Positions 1-8,837 of a stretch of 64,000 nt of DNA are shown here, piece after piece. Below the pieces are notes generated by a model, which ran no database searches, had not been told where the DNA came from, and saw only the letters and a program-made list of their open reading frames with translations. Location of the stretch: assembly GCA_963667465.2 (NCBI GenBank), contig CAXXDN010000002.1:352001-416000 (forward strand). Reading direction: 5' to 3'. Made by a program: the position numbers and the translations under genes. Position 1 is the first letter of the stretch; each line of letters opens with the position of its first letter. The stretch is from Dehalococcoidia bacterium (GTDB lineage Bacteria > Chloroflexota > Dehalococcoidia > UBA2979).

Positions 1-1150
1 GCACGGCGAACGGCAGGCGCAGCGCGCCGGCCCCGGCGCCGGTGACCCAGCGCGAGAACGTCGCGCGCGGCGCGCGCCGCTCGATCTGCTCGATCAACGC
101 CTGCTCACCGAGGTGCGGGCGCGGCGCGTCCGCAGGCAGTTCGCCTTCCCGGGCGAGGAGTTGCGCGCGCTCGGCGGTCAGCTCGTCCTGCTCGGCCGCC
201 GCGGCGAGCACTGCGTCCTCCTCGTCGACGATCAGCAGCGCACCGTCACCGAGGTGATCGAAGAGCGTCGCCTCCCCGGCGAGTGGCCCGTAGCGGGAGG
301 GCGCCGGCAGCTCGCCTCGCCCCAGCGAGGCGAGCTCCTCGCCCAGCTCGCTACTCGTCGTGCTCCCCGTATTCGTGACGCCATCGAGGCGGGCCGCCAG
401 GTCGAGCAGCGCGTGGCGGTCCGGGAACCACTCGCGCGCCGGGCCGATCTGTGCCGCAGCGAGGCGCTCGACCGTGCGCTGCGTCTCCGGGTCGAAGCGC
501 CGGATCGACTCGACCTCGTCGCCGAACAGCTCGATGCGCAGTGGCAGTGCCTCGGTCGGCGGGAAGACGTCGAGGATCCCGCCACGCCGCGCCGCCTCGC
601 CTGGCGCCTCGACGAGCGGGCCGAGCGTGTAGCCGGCCTCGACGAGCTCGAGCGCGAGCGCATCGAGGGCGATCCGGCCGCCCGTCGCGACGCGACCAGG
701 CCCGGCTCCGAGGTCAGGGCGCCGTGCGGTGAAGCCCGTGGCCGCGACCACGGAGGCAATGACGATCGGCGGATCGGGATCGCGATCGCCGAGCGCGAGC
801 CTCGCGAGGAGTGCGAGCCGGCGCTGCGTGACCGTCGCCGGTGCGGGCTCGCGTGCGTAGGGCAGCCCCGGCCGTGCCGGGAAGTGGAGCGCTGTGTCCC
901 CGACCCAGACGCTGAGCGCTTCGGCGTAGGCCTCGGCGTCCCGCTCGCGCGGGACAAGCAGCAGCACCGGTCGGCGCAGGCCGTGCCGCAACGAGGCGAC
1001 GACGGCCGCCTTCGCCCCGTCCGCGACACCGAGCGCGAGGCGCTCGCCCCTCCCGAGGCGTGTTGAGGCCTCGGCAAGCGGCGGGACCGCGCCGAGCGGG
1101 TCGAGCAGCGCCTCCAGCGGCGCCGCGAGGGCAGGGGACGAGCGGTCCAG
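1..1150 (-). CDS. mfd: Transcription-repair coupling factor, N-terminal part (runs off window start)
   Basis: Minus-strand translation gives RRGGILDVFPPTEALPLRIELFGDEVESIRRFDPETQRTVE (UvrB-homology module of Mfd). It lies downstream of pth, a common pth-mfd order. Probable CTG start at 1150 with GGAGG 5 nt upstream. Confidence 0.9.
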   Translation of the reverse strand, partial: MDRSSPALAAPLEALLDPLGAVPPLAEASTRLGRGERLALGVADGAKAAVVASLRHGLRRPVLLLVPRERDAEAYAEALSVWVGDTALHFPARPGLPYAREPAPATVTQRRLALLARLALGDRDPDPPIVIASVVAATGFTARRPDLGAGPGRVATGGRIALDALALELVEAGYTLGPLVEAPGEAARRGGILDVFPPTEALPLRIELFGDEVESIRRFDPETQRTVERLAAAQIGPAREWFPDRHALLDLAARLDGVTNTGSTTSSELGEELASLGRGELPAPSRYGPLAGEATLFDHLGDGALLIVDEEDAVLAAAAEQDELTAERAQLLAREGELPADAPRPHLGEQALIEQIERRAPRATFSRWVTGAGAGALRLPFAV

Positions 1151-1286
1151 TGCGGCCTCCTTGCTGCTGCGGTCGTGCGACGCGCGCCCCAATACGGGGC
1201 GTTCCCCGCGGAGCGCCCCGTGGCTGGTGTGCCGAGTCTGGGAGCCAGTCTAGCCCGGCCCGGGTTTACGCCCCCGTAATGCTGGA

Positions 1287-1982
1287 CTACCCGCTGCCGT
1301 GGAGGCTGCGCATCGCGGCCTCCACGCTTTCGCGCACCGCGAGCTCCACCGCGTCCGCAGCCGCCTCGACGGCGCCCCCGAGGGCTTCGCGCTCCTCGCG
1401 GCCGGGCTTCCCGAGCACCCAGTCCGCGACGCGATCGGGGTCGCGCACCGGCTTGCCGTCGTCGTAGGGGCGGTCGATGCCGATGCGGATGCGCGGGAAG
1501 TCGCCGCCGCCGAGCGCGCCGATGATCGAGCGCATCCCGTTGTTGCCGCCGTGGCCGCCCTGCTGGCGCATCCGCACGCGCGCGAGCGGCAGATCGATCT
1601 CGTCGTAGACGACGAGCAGGGCGTCGCGCAGCAGCCCCAGCCGCCGCAGCTCCGAGGCGACGGCGGGGCCGCTCTCGTTGTAGTAGCTGCGCGGCGTGGC
1701 GAGGTGCAGCGTGTGCCCGTCGAGCTCGATCGTGGCGCGCGCTACGCGGCGGTCGCGCGAAAGCTGCGCGCCGTACCGTGCCGCGAGCCGCTCGATGCAC
1801 CAGGCGCCGGCGTTGTGGCGCGTGCCACGGTACTCGGCGCCGGGGTTGCCGAGACCGACGACGAGCCTCGGGCGCACCGCCTCGCCCGCCGGCGCCTCAT
1901 CAGGCTCGGCGCCCTCGGCGTCGTGGCGGGGCGCCTCGCGGAGGCGGGCGCGGAAGGCGGCGAAGCGGCGGCGCAGGCCCAT
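1287..1982 (-). CDS. pth: Peptidyl-tRNA hydrolase
   Basis: Motifs LVVGLGNPG, TRHNAG, YYNESG, LVVYDEID, GGHGGNNGMRSI, RIRIGI; ATG at 1982 preferred. Confidence 0.95.
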   Translation of the reverse strand: MGLRRRFAAFRARLREAPRHDAEGAEPDEAPAGEAVRPRLVVGLGNPGAEYRGTRHNAGAWCIERLAARYGAQLSRDRRVARATIELDGHTLHLATPRSYYNESGPAVASELRRLGLLRDALLVVYDEIDLPLARVRMRQQGGHGGNNGMRSIIGALGGGDFPRIRIGIDRPYDDGKPVRDPDRVADWVLGKPGREEREALGGAVEAAADAVELAVRESVEAAMRSLHGSG

Positions 1983-2058
1983 GCAGCCATCGTCCGGCCA
2001 CGGATGGCGCAGGTGCAAGGCGCTTGCTGCCAGCCGCGCTCGTGGTGGTTGAGTCCTG

Positions 2059-2079
2059 ATATGATACTCAGTATCATAT
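2059..2079. promoter_or_regulatory. Perfect AT-rich palindrome, putative repressor operator
   Basis: ATATGATACT-C-AGTATCATAT between divergent pth and the acyl-CoA dehydrogenase. Confidence 0.6.
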
Positions 2080-2122
2080 GCGGTCAGCCAGGGACGGCCG
2101 GGGGCACTCGCCGGAGGTGACC

Positions 2123-3391
2123 GTGACACATGCGCCGGTAGAGTCGACACGATTCGTTGGACTGGGTGAGCCCCCGATGGTCACGCTGCCCTGCCGCGAG
2201 TTGATTGAGATCGCGCGCAGCCTCGGCGCCGCGCACGCCGACGCCGCGGCTGCGTGCGACCGCAGCGGCGAGATCAACGTCGCGCTGGTCGAGGATCTGC
2301 GGGCCGCCGGCTACCTGACCGCGGCCATGCCGCGTTCCAGCGGCGGCGGCGGGCACAGCCTCGGGGAGATCGTGCTCGCGCAGGCCGCCCTCGCGGAGTA
2401 CGACGCGGCGACTGCTCTCGGCGTTGGGATGCACCTCATGGTACTCGGCAACGAGGGCTGGGGGACACGCTGGCATCCGCGCCGCCGGGAGCGCCTGTTC
2501 GACTACGCCCGTCAGCCCGGCGCGCTGTTCAACGTGCTCGCGACGGAGCCGGATCTCGGGGCCCCACAGCGCCTCGAGCGGCCCGCGACGACCCTCGCCC
2601 CGGACGGTCCGGACCGCTGGATCCTGAACGGGCGCAAGTCGTTCGCAACGTTCGCCGAGCGGCTCAGCCACGGGGTGGTCTACGCCTCGGTCGACGACGG
2701 CTCCGATGACGTCTGCCTCGTGCTGCTGCCGATGTCGACGCCCGGCATCTCGATCAAGCGGACCTGGAACGCGGTCGGCATGCGTGCGACCGCCTCCCAC
2801 GACGTGATCTTCGATGGCGTGCCCGTGGGCGCGGACGACATCGTGAATCGCTCGGGGTACCGTGTGCTCACGAAGCGCCCGGCAATGACTCCCTGGTTCG
2901 CGCTCCCGGTCGCCGCGGTCTACCTCGGCATCGCGCGCGCCGCGAGGAATCACGCCATCGAGTACGCCCGCACCCGGCGGCCCGGCGGTGGGGCCCGGGC
3001 CGCGGATGACCCGCATGTGCGCGAGCTCACGGGGCGCATGGACGCCGAGCTGATGGCCGCCGAATCGACGATCCTCGTCGCCGCGTCGGCGGCCGGACTC
3101 GAACTGCTCGCAGCGCCCCGCTTCGAGGCGATCGAGCCGATCGAGGCGGCCGCGAAGCTAGTGGTCACCTCGACCGCGGTCCGCGTCGTGGACGCGGCGA
3201 TGCGCATCGCCGGCGGTGCGGCGCTCCGCGACGGCTTGCCCCTCGAGCGCTGCTACCGCGACGTGCGCTCCGGGCCCGTGCACCACCCGAACGACGGACG
3301 CGCGCTCGCGGTGCTCGCCGGGCACGCACTCGACCAGCTCCGCCGGCCGGTCGGCATCGAGGGATCGCGGCTGTTCCGGGCCATCGCCTGA
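2123..3391 (+). CDS. Acyl-CoA dehydrogenase family protein (possibly flavin monooxygenase-like)
   Basis: WILNGRKSFAT, WNAVGMRATASHDV, LERCYRDVR motifs; GTG start after GGAGG (ORF open from 2078). Confidence 0.85.
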   Translation: MTHAPVESTRFVGLGEPPMVTLPCRELIEIARSLGAAHADAAAACDRSGEINVALVEDLRAAGYLTAAMPRSSGGGGHSLGEIVLAQAALAEYDAATALGVGMHLMVLGNEGWGTRWHPRRRERLFDYARQPGALFNVLATEPDLGAPQRLERPATTLAPDGPDRWILNGRKSFATFAERLSHGVVYASVDDGSDDVCLVLLPMSTPGISIKRTWNAVGMRATASHDVIFDGVPVGADDIVNRSGYRVLTKRPAMTPWFALPVAAVYLGIARAARNHAIEYARTRRPGGGARAADDPHVRELTGRMDAELMAAESTILVAASAAGLELLAAPRFEAIEPIEAAAKLVVTSTAVRVVDAAMRIAGGAALRDGLPLERCYRDVRSGPVHHPNDGRALAVLAGHALDQLRRPVGIEGSRLFRAIA

Positions 3392-3481
3392 GGCCCCTCC
3401 TCCGCCCGCTCGCTTGCGGCTCACGAACGCGCGTCCGTATGCTCGCAGCGCCTTACGCCGCCACGAGGATTGGAGCACCAG

Positions 3482-4174
3482 TTGAGCGACCCGATCGCCG
3501 CCGCACGCGCGGACGGCCGCACACTCCTGACCGAGGTCGAATCGAAGCAGTTGCTCCATGACGCGGGCATCACCGTCACGCAGGCGCGCCTCGCGACGAG
3601 CGCCGACGAGGCTGTCGCCGCCGCCGAGGAGTTCGGCTACCCGGCCGTCCTCAAGGTCGTCTCCGGCGACATCGCCCACAAGTCCGATGTCGGCGGCGTC
3701 GAGCTCGGGCTTGGCGACGGCGACGCGGTGCGCGCGGCCTACGACCGCATCATGGCCTCGGTGAAGGCCGCCGAGCCCGACGCCCACGTAGGCGGCGTCT
3801 CCGTACAGCAGATGGCCGACCCCGGTGTCGAGGTGATCATCGGCATGACCACGGACCCGCAGTTCGGTCCGGTCCTCGCCTTCGGCCTCGGCGGCATCAT
3901 GGTCGAGGTGCTGAAGGACGTCGCCTTCCGCATCGTGCCCCTGGAGCCGCGCGACGCCGGACAGATCGTGCGCGAGATCAAGGGCTACCCGGTCCTCGAG
4001 GGCGTGCGCGGGCAGCCCGGCGCCGACATCGACGCGCTGGAGTCGATGATCCTCGAGGTCTCCGCCTTCGCGGAGGCCCACCCGGAGATTGCGGAGCTCG
4101 ACCTCAACCCGGTGTTCGCGCGCCCGGACGGCGCGATCGCGGTGGACGCGCGCGTCGTCCTCGCGGAGGCATAG
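3482..4174 (+). CDS. ADP-forming acyl-CoA synthetase, ATP-grasp (beta) subunit
   Basis: GYPAVLKVVS, HKSDVGGV, DPQFGPV, ELDLNP, AVDAR; TTG start after GGAG (alternative 3470). Confidence 0.9.
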   Translation: MSDPIAAARADGRTLLTEVESKQLLHDAGITVTQARLATSADEAVAAAEEFGYPAVLKVVSGDIAHKSDVGGVELGLGDGDAVRAAYDRIMASVKAAEPDAHVGGVSVQQMADPGVEVIIGMTTDPQFGPVLAFGLGGIMVEVLKDVAFRIVPLEPRDAGQIVREIKGYPVLEGVRGQPGADIDALESMILEVSAFAEAHPEIAELDLNPVFARPDGAIAVDARVVLAEA

Positions 4175-4182
4175 CCGCCTCG

Positions 4183-5610
4183 ATGGCCGTCGACCGCGAT
4201 CGCCTGCACCGTACGCTCACCCCGCGCACCGTCGCCGTCGTCGGCGCGAAGGGGCCGGACTTCGGCTGGATCGAGAACCAGCGCGAGTTCCAGGGCCCCC
4301 TCTACTCCGTGCAGCTCGACCCCAACGAGATCGTCGAGATCGAGAAGCGCGGCTTCACCAACTACCTGAAGCTCGAAGACGTGCCCGAGGACATCGACCT
4401 CGTGATCTGCGCGGTGCCGCGCAACATCGCGCCGTTCATCCTCAGCGACGCGATCAAGAAGGGCGCCGCCGGGATCGCGATGTTCACCGCCGGCTTCGCC
4501 GAGACCGGCGAAGAGGACGCCATCAAGCTGCAGGAGGCGATTGTCGAGATGGCGAACGCCGACGGCATGCCGGTCATCGGCCCGAACTGCATGGGCGTGT
4601 ACAACCGCCGCCGCGGCGTCAAGTTCCACTCGGACGTCGACCAGGGCGACAGCGGCAACGTCTCGATCATCGGCCAGAGCGGGACGCACACGATCAACAT
4701 GACCACTGCCGCCCAGCGCGCCGGCATCGACGTCGGCCGCGGCATCTCGATCGGCAACGCCGTCGTGGTGAACGAGGCGGACTACCTCGAGTACCTGCGC
4801 GACGACCCCGACACCGAGGTGATCGGAATGTACCTCGAGGGGCTCAAGGACGGGCGGCGCTTCTTCGAGGCGCTGCGCGAGACCACGCGCAAGAAGCCGG
4901 TGGTCATCTGGAAGGGCGGGCAGACGAGCGCCGGACAGCGCGCGACGCGCTCGCACACGGCCTCGCTTGCGACCTCCTCGGCGACCTGGGACGCACTGAT
5001 CAAGCAGACCGGCGCGATCCCCGCCAACAACGGCGACGAGGTGATCGACGTGATCCAGGCACTGGTGCACTCGGCGCCGCCGCAGGGACGCCGGCTGGCG
5101 CTGATGGCGATGACCGGCGGGCAGTCGGTGGCGATCTCGGACGCCTTCGGTCGTGTCGGCCTCGAGGTGCCGGAGCTCGCGGACGACTCCTACGAGCAGC
5201 TGGGCGAGTTCTTCAACGTGATCGGCGGCTCCTACCGCAACCCGTTCGATATGGCGAATACGATCGGGCGGTCAGGCGACGCGGACAACCTGCGCCGCAT
5301 CATGGACATCCTCGCCGAGGATCCGAACATCGACGGCATGGTCTACGAGTTCACGGCGAACTTCTTTGCGCGCTTCTGGAAGGAAGAGCCGGGACTGTTC
5401 GACGAGATGATGCAAACCCTCGACGCCTTCCGCACGCGCACCGGCCTGCCGCTGGTGACGGTGATGCACCCCGGCCACAAGGACGAGGACGTGATCCCGC
5501 TGCGCGACGACGTGATCAGCCGCGGCTTCGCCGTCTACCAGTCCTTCGACCGTGCCGCCCTCGCCATCTCGCGCGTGGTGGCGTACCGGGAGTGGCTGGC
5601 CGCGCTGTAG
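4183..5610 (+). CDS. ADP-forming acyl-CoA synthetase, CoA-binding (alpha) subunit
   Basis: AGFAETG, IGPNCMG, GQSG, SIGN, YLEG, KGG, phospho-His motif SHTASLA. Confidence 0.9.
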   Translation: MAVDRDRLHRTLTPRTVAVVGAKGPDFGWIENQREFQGPLYSVQLDPNEIVEIEKRGFTNYLKLEDVPEDIDLVICAVPRNIAPFILSDAIKKGAAGIAMFTAGFAETGEEDAIKLQEAIVEMANADGMPVIGPNCMGVYNRRRGVKFHSDVDQGDSGNVSIIGQSGTHTINMTTAAQRAGIDVGRGISIGNAVVVNEADYLEYLRDDPDTEVIGMYLEGLKDGRRFFEALRETTRKKPVVIWKGGQTSAGQRATRSHTASLATSSATWDALIKQTGAIPANNGDEVIDVIQALVHSAPPQGRRLALMAMTGGQSVAISDAFGRVGLEVPELADDSYEQLGEFFNVIGGSYRNPFDMANTIGRSGDADNLRRIMDILAEDPNIDGMVYEFTANFFARFWKEEPGLFDEMMQTLDAFRTRTGLPLVTVMHPGHKDEDVIPLRDDVISRGFAVYQSFDRAALAISRVVAYREWLAAL

Positions 5611-5615
5611 GGGGG

Positions 5616-6299
5616 CTACACGGCTTCGGGAAGCGTCAACTGTTCCTGGGTTCCGATGCTCTGTCCCTCGCGGATTGACTGCAGCAACCGAGTCAATTGT
5701 GGCATCGTCGAGACCGCGATTCCGCCGCGCTGGATCAGTTCCGCGTTGCCTTCGGTCTCCGGCGGCTCTTGGCGTTGCACCACCAATAGGGGCTTGCGGC
5801 GCCTCAGGCACTCAAGCCCCGCTTCCCAGGTTCCGCCCGACTCGCCCGACTGCACCACCACAAGCGCAAGGGACAGATCGAGGATCGTCTTGTTCCGCTG
5901 CATCGCCTGCCAGACCTGCCAACGGGCCTCGGGCGGGAACTCACTCACTGCCGCATAGTTCCCCGGGCTCTCCCCGACGCTCAGGAGCCCTCGATAGCGT
6001 ACGCGCGGCTTCCAGCCCGCGAGGCCTTCTGCGAGCACCGAAATGACTGAGCCCCCCGCTCCGAGCGCGCCGAACTGTGCGGCGTCGTCGACACCACGAG
6101 CATTCCCAGACACCAGCACGAGTCCCAGCTTGGCGACCAAGCGACCGAACTTCTCCGCCAGATCAAGGGCGTGAGCATCAGCGTTGCGCGAGCCGCACAA
6201 CCCAATTGCAGGGCGACCGAGAAGAGTCCGGTCACCCTGAACGGCAACAGACGGGCGATCGGCTGTCGCCTCGGTCTCTGCAGTCATCACGGCCCTCAC
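5616..6299 (-). CDS. dprA: Short DprA/Smf Rossmann-fold protein (ShosA-like)
   Basis: GLCGSR, LVSGNARGVD, SEFPP, MQRN, SGGTW motifs; lacks the accessory domains of full-length DprA; overlaps the upstream gene by 4 nt. Confidence 0.85.
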   Translation of the reverse strand: MRAVMTAETEATADRPSVAVQGDRTLLGRPAIGLCGSRNADAHALDLAEKFGRLVAKLGLVLVSGNARGVDDAAQFGALGAGGSVISVLAEGLAGWKPRVRYRGLLSVGESPGNYAAVSEFPPEARWQVWQAMQRNKTILDLSLALVVVQSGESGGTWEAGLECLRRRKPLLVVQRQEPPETEGNAELIQRGGIAVSTMPQLTRLLQSIREGQSIGTQEQLTLPEAV

Positions 6300-7126
6300 T
6301 CGAACCGGTACCTCCGGGTTCCGGTTCGATCTTTCGCAAGCGTAACGGATGCGGTCCGCTGAGCGCCCGCTTCCCGGAGTGCCCGATTCGCCTCGCGCAC
6401 AGTGCTGGCATGCGCCATGAAATCGTCGACAACAACGATCAATCGTTGGTCGCTGACTATCGACGCGCTCATCGTGTCCCTCTGGTTGGCGTCACGGTCG
6501 GCGCCGTTGGGGAGGTTCTTCTGAGGCTCTGCCGTGGTAGTCCGCCGGAGTTCAACAATAGGTACGCCGAGAGCGTCGGAAACCTCTGTCGTGGCTAGCG
6601 AGAGCAGGCGGCTCGTACTCCCAACGCGGGAACTCGGCATTGCCGCCACTCCCGTCAGTTGGGACAGCACTGGATGACTCTCGATGTACGACACCATCCG
6701 GCGGTGGCATTCCGAAACTGCGGCCCGGCTCTCGCGTCGCTGAGGACGGTACTTCGCATCGTGAACCAAGTCTCCTACGGCGGTGTACACCCACTCATCC
6801 TGCCGTTCGCCCTCTACGGGATGCCGGTAGAAGTCGAGGCACACGGAGATATCGCAGCCTGTGTCTATTGCCGTAACCACCGGATCGAGGTGGCTCTCGA
6901 GCAATGCGAGTGCGCCGACCCGTTTCTCGGTCGGTATCCGGTAACGGACTGAGTGCCCGCCGCTCAAGTCGCCGAAGGTCTCCGTCGCGCGCTGGATCCC
7001 TGGAGCGACCATCTCCAGCAGATCACCTATGTTTGTGTTCAGCGGGCCCAGCGAGTACGTCTCGACCCCCACCTTGTCGCCGGGCAACTCGCGGACGTCG
7101 ACAACCCTGTAGCAATTCACTCCCAT
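6296..7126 (-). CDS. ComF-like phosphoribosyltransferase-domain protein (ShosT-like)
   Basis: GDLVHDAKY, AMPSS, EPQK, IVVVDDFMAHASTV, LREAGA motifs; visibly lower GC than flanks. Confidence 0.75.
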   Translation of the reverse strand: MGVNCYRVVDVRELPGDKVGVETYSLGPLNTNIGDLLEMVAPGIQRATETFGDLSGGHSVRYRIPTEKRVGALALLESHLDPVVTAIDTGCDISVCLDFYRHPVEGERQDEWVYTAVGDLVHDAKYRPQRRESRAAVSECHRRMVSYIESHPVLSQLTGVAAMPSSRVGSTSRLLSLATTEVSDALGVPIVELRRTTTAEPQKNLPNGADRDANQRDTMSASIVSDQRLIVVVDDFMAHASTVREANRALREAGAQRTASVTLAKDRTGTRRYRFE

Positions 7127-7152
7127 CGCGCGAGACTACCTCGATACTAGTA

Positions 7153-7166
7153 AGAACACAAGTTCT
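7153..7166. promoter_or_regulatory. LexA (SOS) box, Gram-positive/Chloroflexota type
   Basis: AGAAC-ACAA-GTTCT, a perfect AGAAC-N4-GTTCT, 26 nt upstream of the PRTase ATG. Confidence 0.7.
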
Positions 7167-7201
7167 AGGCCCTCCGCTTAGCAACGCGGTACCATCGCGC
7201 C

Positions 7202-8410
7202 ATGACCAACTCCGCGGACCCGCCCGATCGCCGCATCTACCTCGACGCGGCCGCATCCACGGCCGTGCGGCCGGAGGCGCTCGCGGTGATGCTGCCGCTC
7301 TTCTCGCAGCACTTCGGGAACCCGTCGGCGCATCACGCGGGCGGGCGCGCCTCGGCCGAGGCGCTGGCCGTTGCGCGCGAGACCGTCGCCGAGGTGCTCG
7401 GCGCGCGCGCCGAGGAGGTCGTCTTCACCTCGGGCGGGACGGAGAGCATCAACGCGGCGATCAAGGGCGTCGCCTTCGCGCAGCGTGACGCCGGGGCCGG
7501 CGCGCACGTCGTCACCAGCGCCGTCGAGCACCACGCCGTGCTGCACTCGATGCACTACCTCGAGCGCTTCGGCTTCGAGGTCGAGATCGTCCCTGTCGAC
7601 GAGCACGGCGTCGTGGACCCGGCGGCGATCGCTGCGGCGGTGCGCGACGACACCGTCCTGGTCTCCGTGATGTACGCCAACAACGAGGTTGGCACCGTCC
7701 AGCCGCTGCCCGCGATCGTCGAGGCGGTCCGGGAGCGCCAGCGCGCCAGCGGGCGGCCGATCCCCTTCCACACGGATGCCGTGCAGGCCGCCGCCTCGCT
7801 CCCGCTCCAGGTGGATGCGCTTGGGGTGGACCTGCTCTCGCTGTCGGGGCACAAGTTCGGCGGGCCGAAGGGCGTGGGAGTGCTCTACATCCGGCGAGGC
7901 ATACCGTTCCTGGAGCAAACCTCGGGCGGGGGTCAGGAGCGCCAGCGGCGCTCGGGGACGGAGAACGTGCCCGGCGCCGCCGGCTTCGCGACGGCGCTGC
8001 GGCTCGCCCAGGCCGAGCGCGAGCGCTTCGCCGAGCGCACCTCGGCGCTGCGCGACCGGCTGCGCGACGGCCTCGCCACGGCGCTGCCCGGCGCGCGGCT
8101 CAATGGCCACCCTACCCAGCGGCTGCCGCACAACCTCCACCTCTGCTTCGATGGCATCGAGGGCGAGTCGCTCGTCGGTGCGCTGGACGAGATTGGCGTG
8201 GAGTGCTCGGCGGGGGCGGCCTGCACCTCGGCGACGTGGGAGCCCTCGCACGTGCTGCTGGCGATGGGCGTGCCGCTGGAGCTGGCGATCGGCTCGGTGC
8301 GCCTGACGCTGTCGCCGGAACTCAGCGAGGCCGACATCGACTACGTCGCGGCACATTTGCCGGCGCTCGTCGCCGGGCTGCGCGAGGCGGGTGCGCCCGC
8401 GCTGCCGTAG
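7202..8410 (+). CDS. iscS: Cysteine desulfurase (IscS/NifS group I)
   Basis: IYLDAAAST, FGNPS, FTSGGTES, ANNEVG, HTDAVQ, SGHKFGGPKG, SAGAAC. Confidence 0.93.
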   Translation: MTNSADPPDRRIYLDAAASTAVRPEALAVMLPLFSQHFGNPSAHHAGGRASAEALAVARETVAEVLGARAEEVVFTSGGTESINAAIKGVAFAQRDAGAGAHVVTSAVEHHAVLHSMHYLERFGFEVEIVPVDEHGVVDPAAIAAAVRDDTVLVSVMYANNEVGTVQPLPAIVEAVRERQRASGRPIPFHTDAVQAAASLPLQVDALGVDLLSLSGHKFGGPKGVGVLYIRRGIPFLEQTSGGGQERQRRSGTENVPGAAGFATALRLAQAERERFAERTSALRDRLRDGLATALPGARLNGHPTQRLPHNLHLCFDGIEGESLVGALDEIGVECSAGAACTSATWEPSHVLLAMGVPLELAIGSVRLTLSPELSEADIDYVAAHLPALVAGLREAGAPALP

Positions 8411-8447
8411 CTGCGCGCGTGCCTCGAACGAGGGGGGCGCAGCAACT

Positions 8448-8502
8448 CTCGTCTCGCCAACCCTCGTCTCGCCAACCCTCGTCTCGCCGCCGCTCGTCTC
8501 AC
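8448..8502. repeat. 15-bp tandem direct repeat, about 3.7 copies
   Basis: Unit CTCGTCTCGCCAACC at 8448, 8463, 8478 (variant) and 8493 (partial). Confidence 0.9.
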
Positions 8503-8519
8503 CGGAAATGTGTATGCGC

Positions 8520-8549
8520 TTTACAACAGGCCTGTTGGCAAGTTATGGT
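8520..8549 (+). promoter_or_regulatory. Putative sigma70 promoter with a palindrome in the spacer
   Basis: TTTACA (8520-8525), 18-nt spacer, TATGGT (8544-8549); perfect palindrome CAACAGGCCTGTTG at 8524-8537. Confidence 0.45.
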
Positions 8550-8592
8550 TGCGTATGCACGTCAACAATTCCACGCCGACAGGAGGAGCTGC

Positions 8593-8808
8593 GTGCCCGA
8601 CTCCCCGTTCGACGACTATCTCGATCTCGTGGAGGCTGCTCGTGAGCTGGGGATCCATCCCCAGAGCCTGCGCAGGCTCATCAAGCAGAAGCGCGTCCCC
8701 GCGGTGCTCTTCGCCGGCAAGTACCTGATCGAGCGCGACAAGCTCGAGATGTTCAAGGCCAACTACGACCCGCGCCCCGGCCGCAAGCCGCTCCGTCGCC
8801 TGATCTAG
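8593..8808 (+). CDS. Small excisionase/BldC-like (HTH_17) DNA-binding protein, 71 aa
   Basis: AGGAGG RBS then GTG; YLDLVEAARELGIHPQSLRRLIKQKRVPA is a typical HTH_17 signature. Confidence 0.85.
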   Translation: MPDSPFDDYLDLVEAARELGIHPQSLRRLIKQKRVPAVLFAGKYLIERDKLEMFKANYDPRPGRKPLRRLI

Positions 8809-8837
8809 GACGAGCCCAGGACGCCGGAGGCCCGAGC

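Noticed and set aside
113-1066. 317-aa plus-strand ORF and many similar long Arg/Ala/Pro-rich ORFs in the track
   Set aside because: Antisense or off-frame shadows of real genes (here mfd), expected at this GC content.
5616-7126. Competence locus comFC-dprA
   Set aside because: The PRTase lacks the ComFC zinc-ribbon cysteines, DprA is core-only, composition is atypical, and no other competence genes are adjacent.
8448-8502. Short repeats (also 19759, 42283, 60322) as CRISPR arrays
   Set aside because: Units are contiguous and 9-17 bp long, with no unique spacers and no cas genes.
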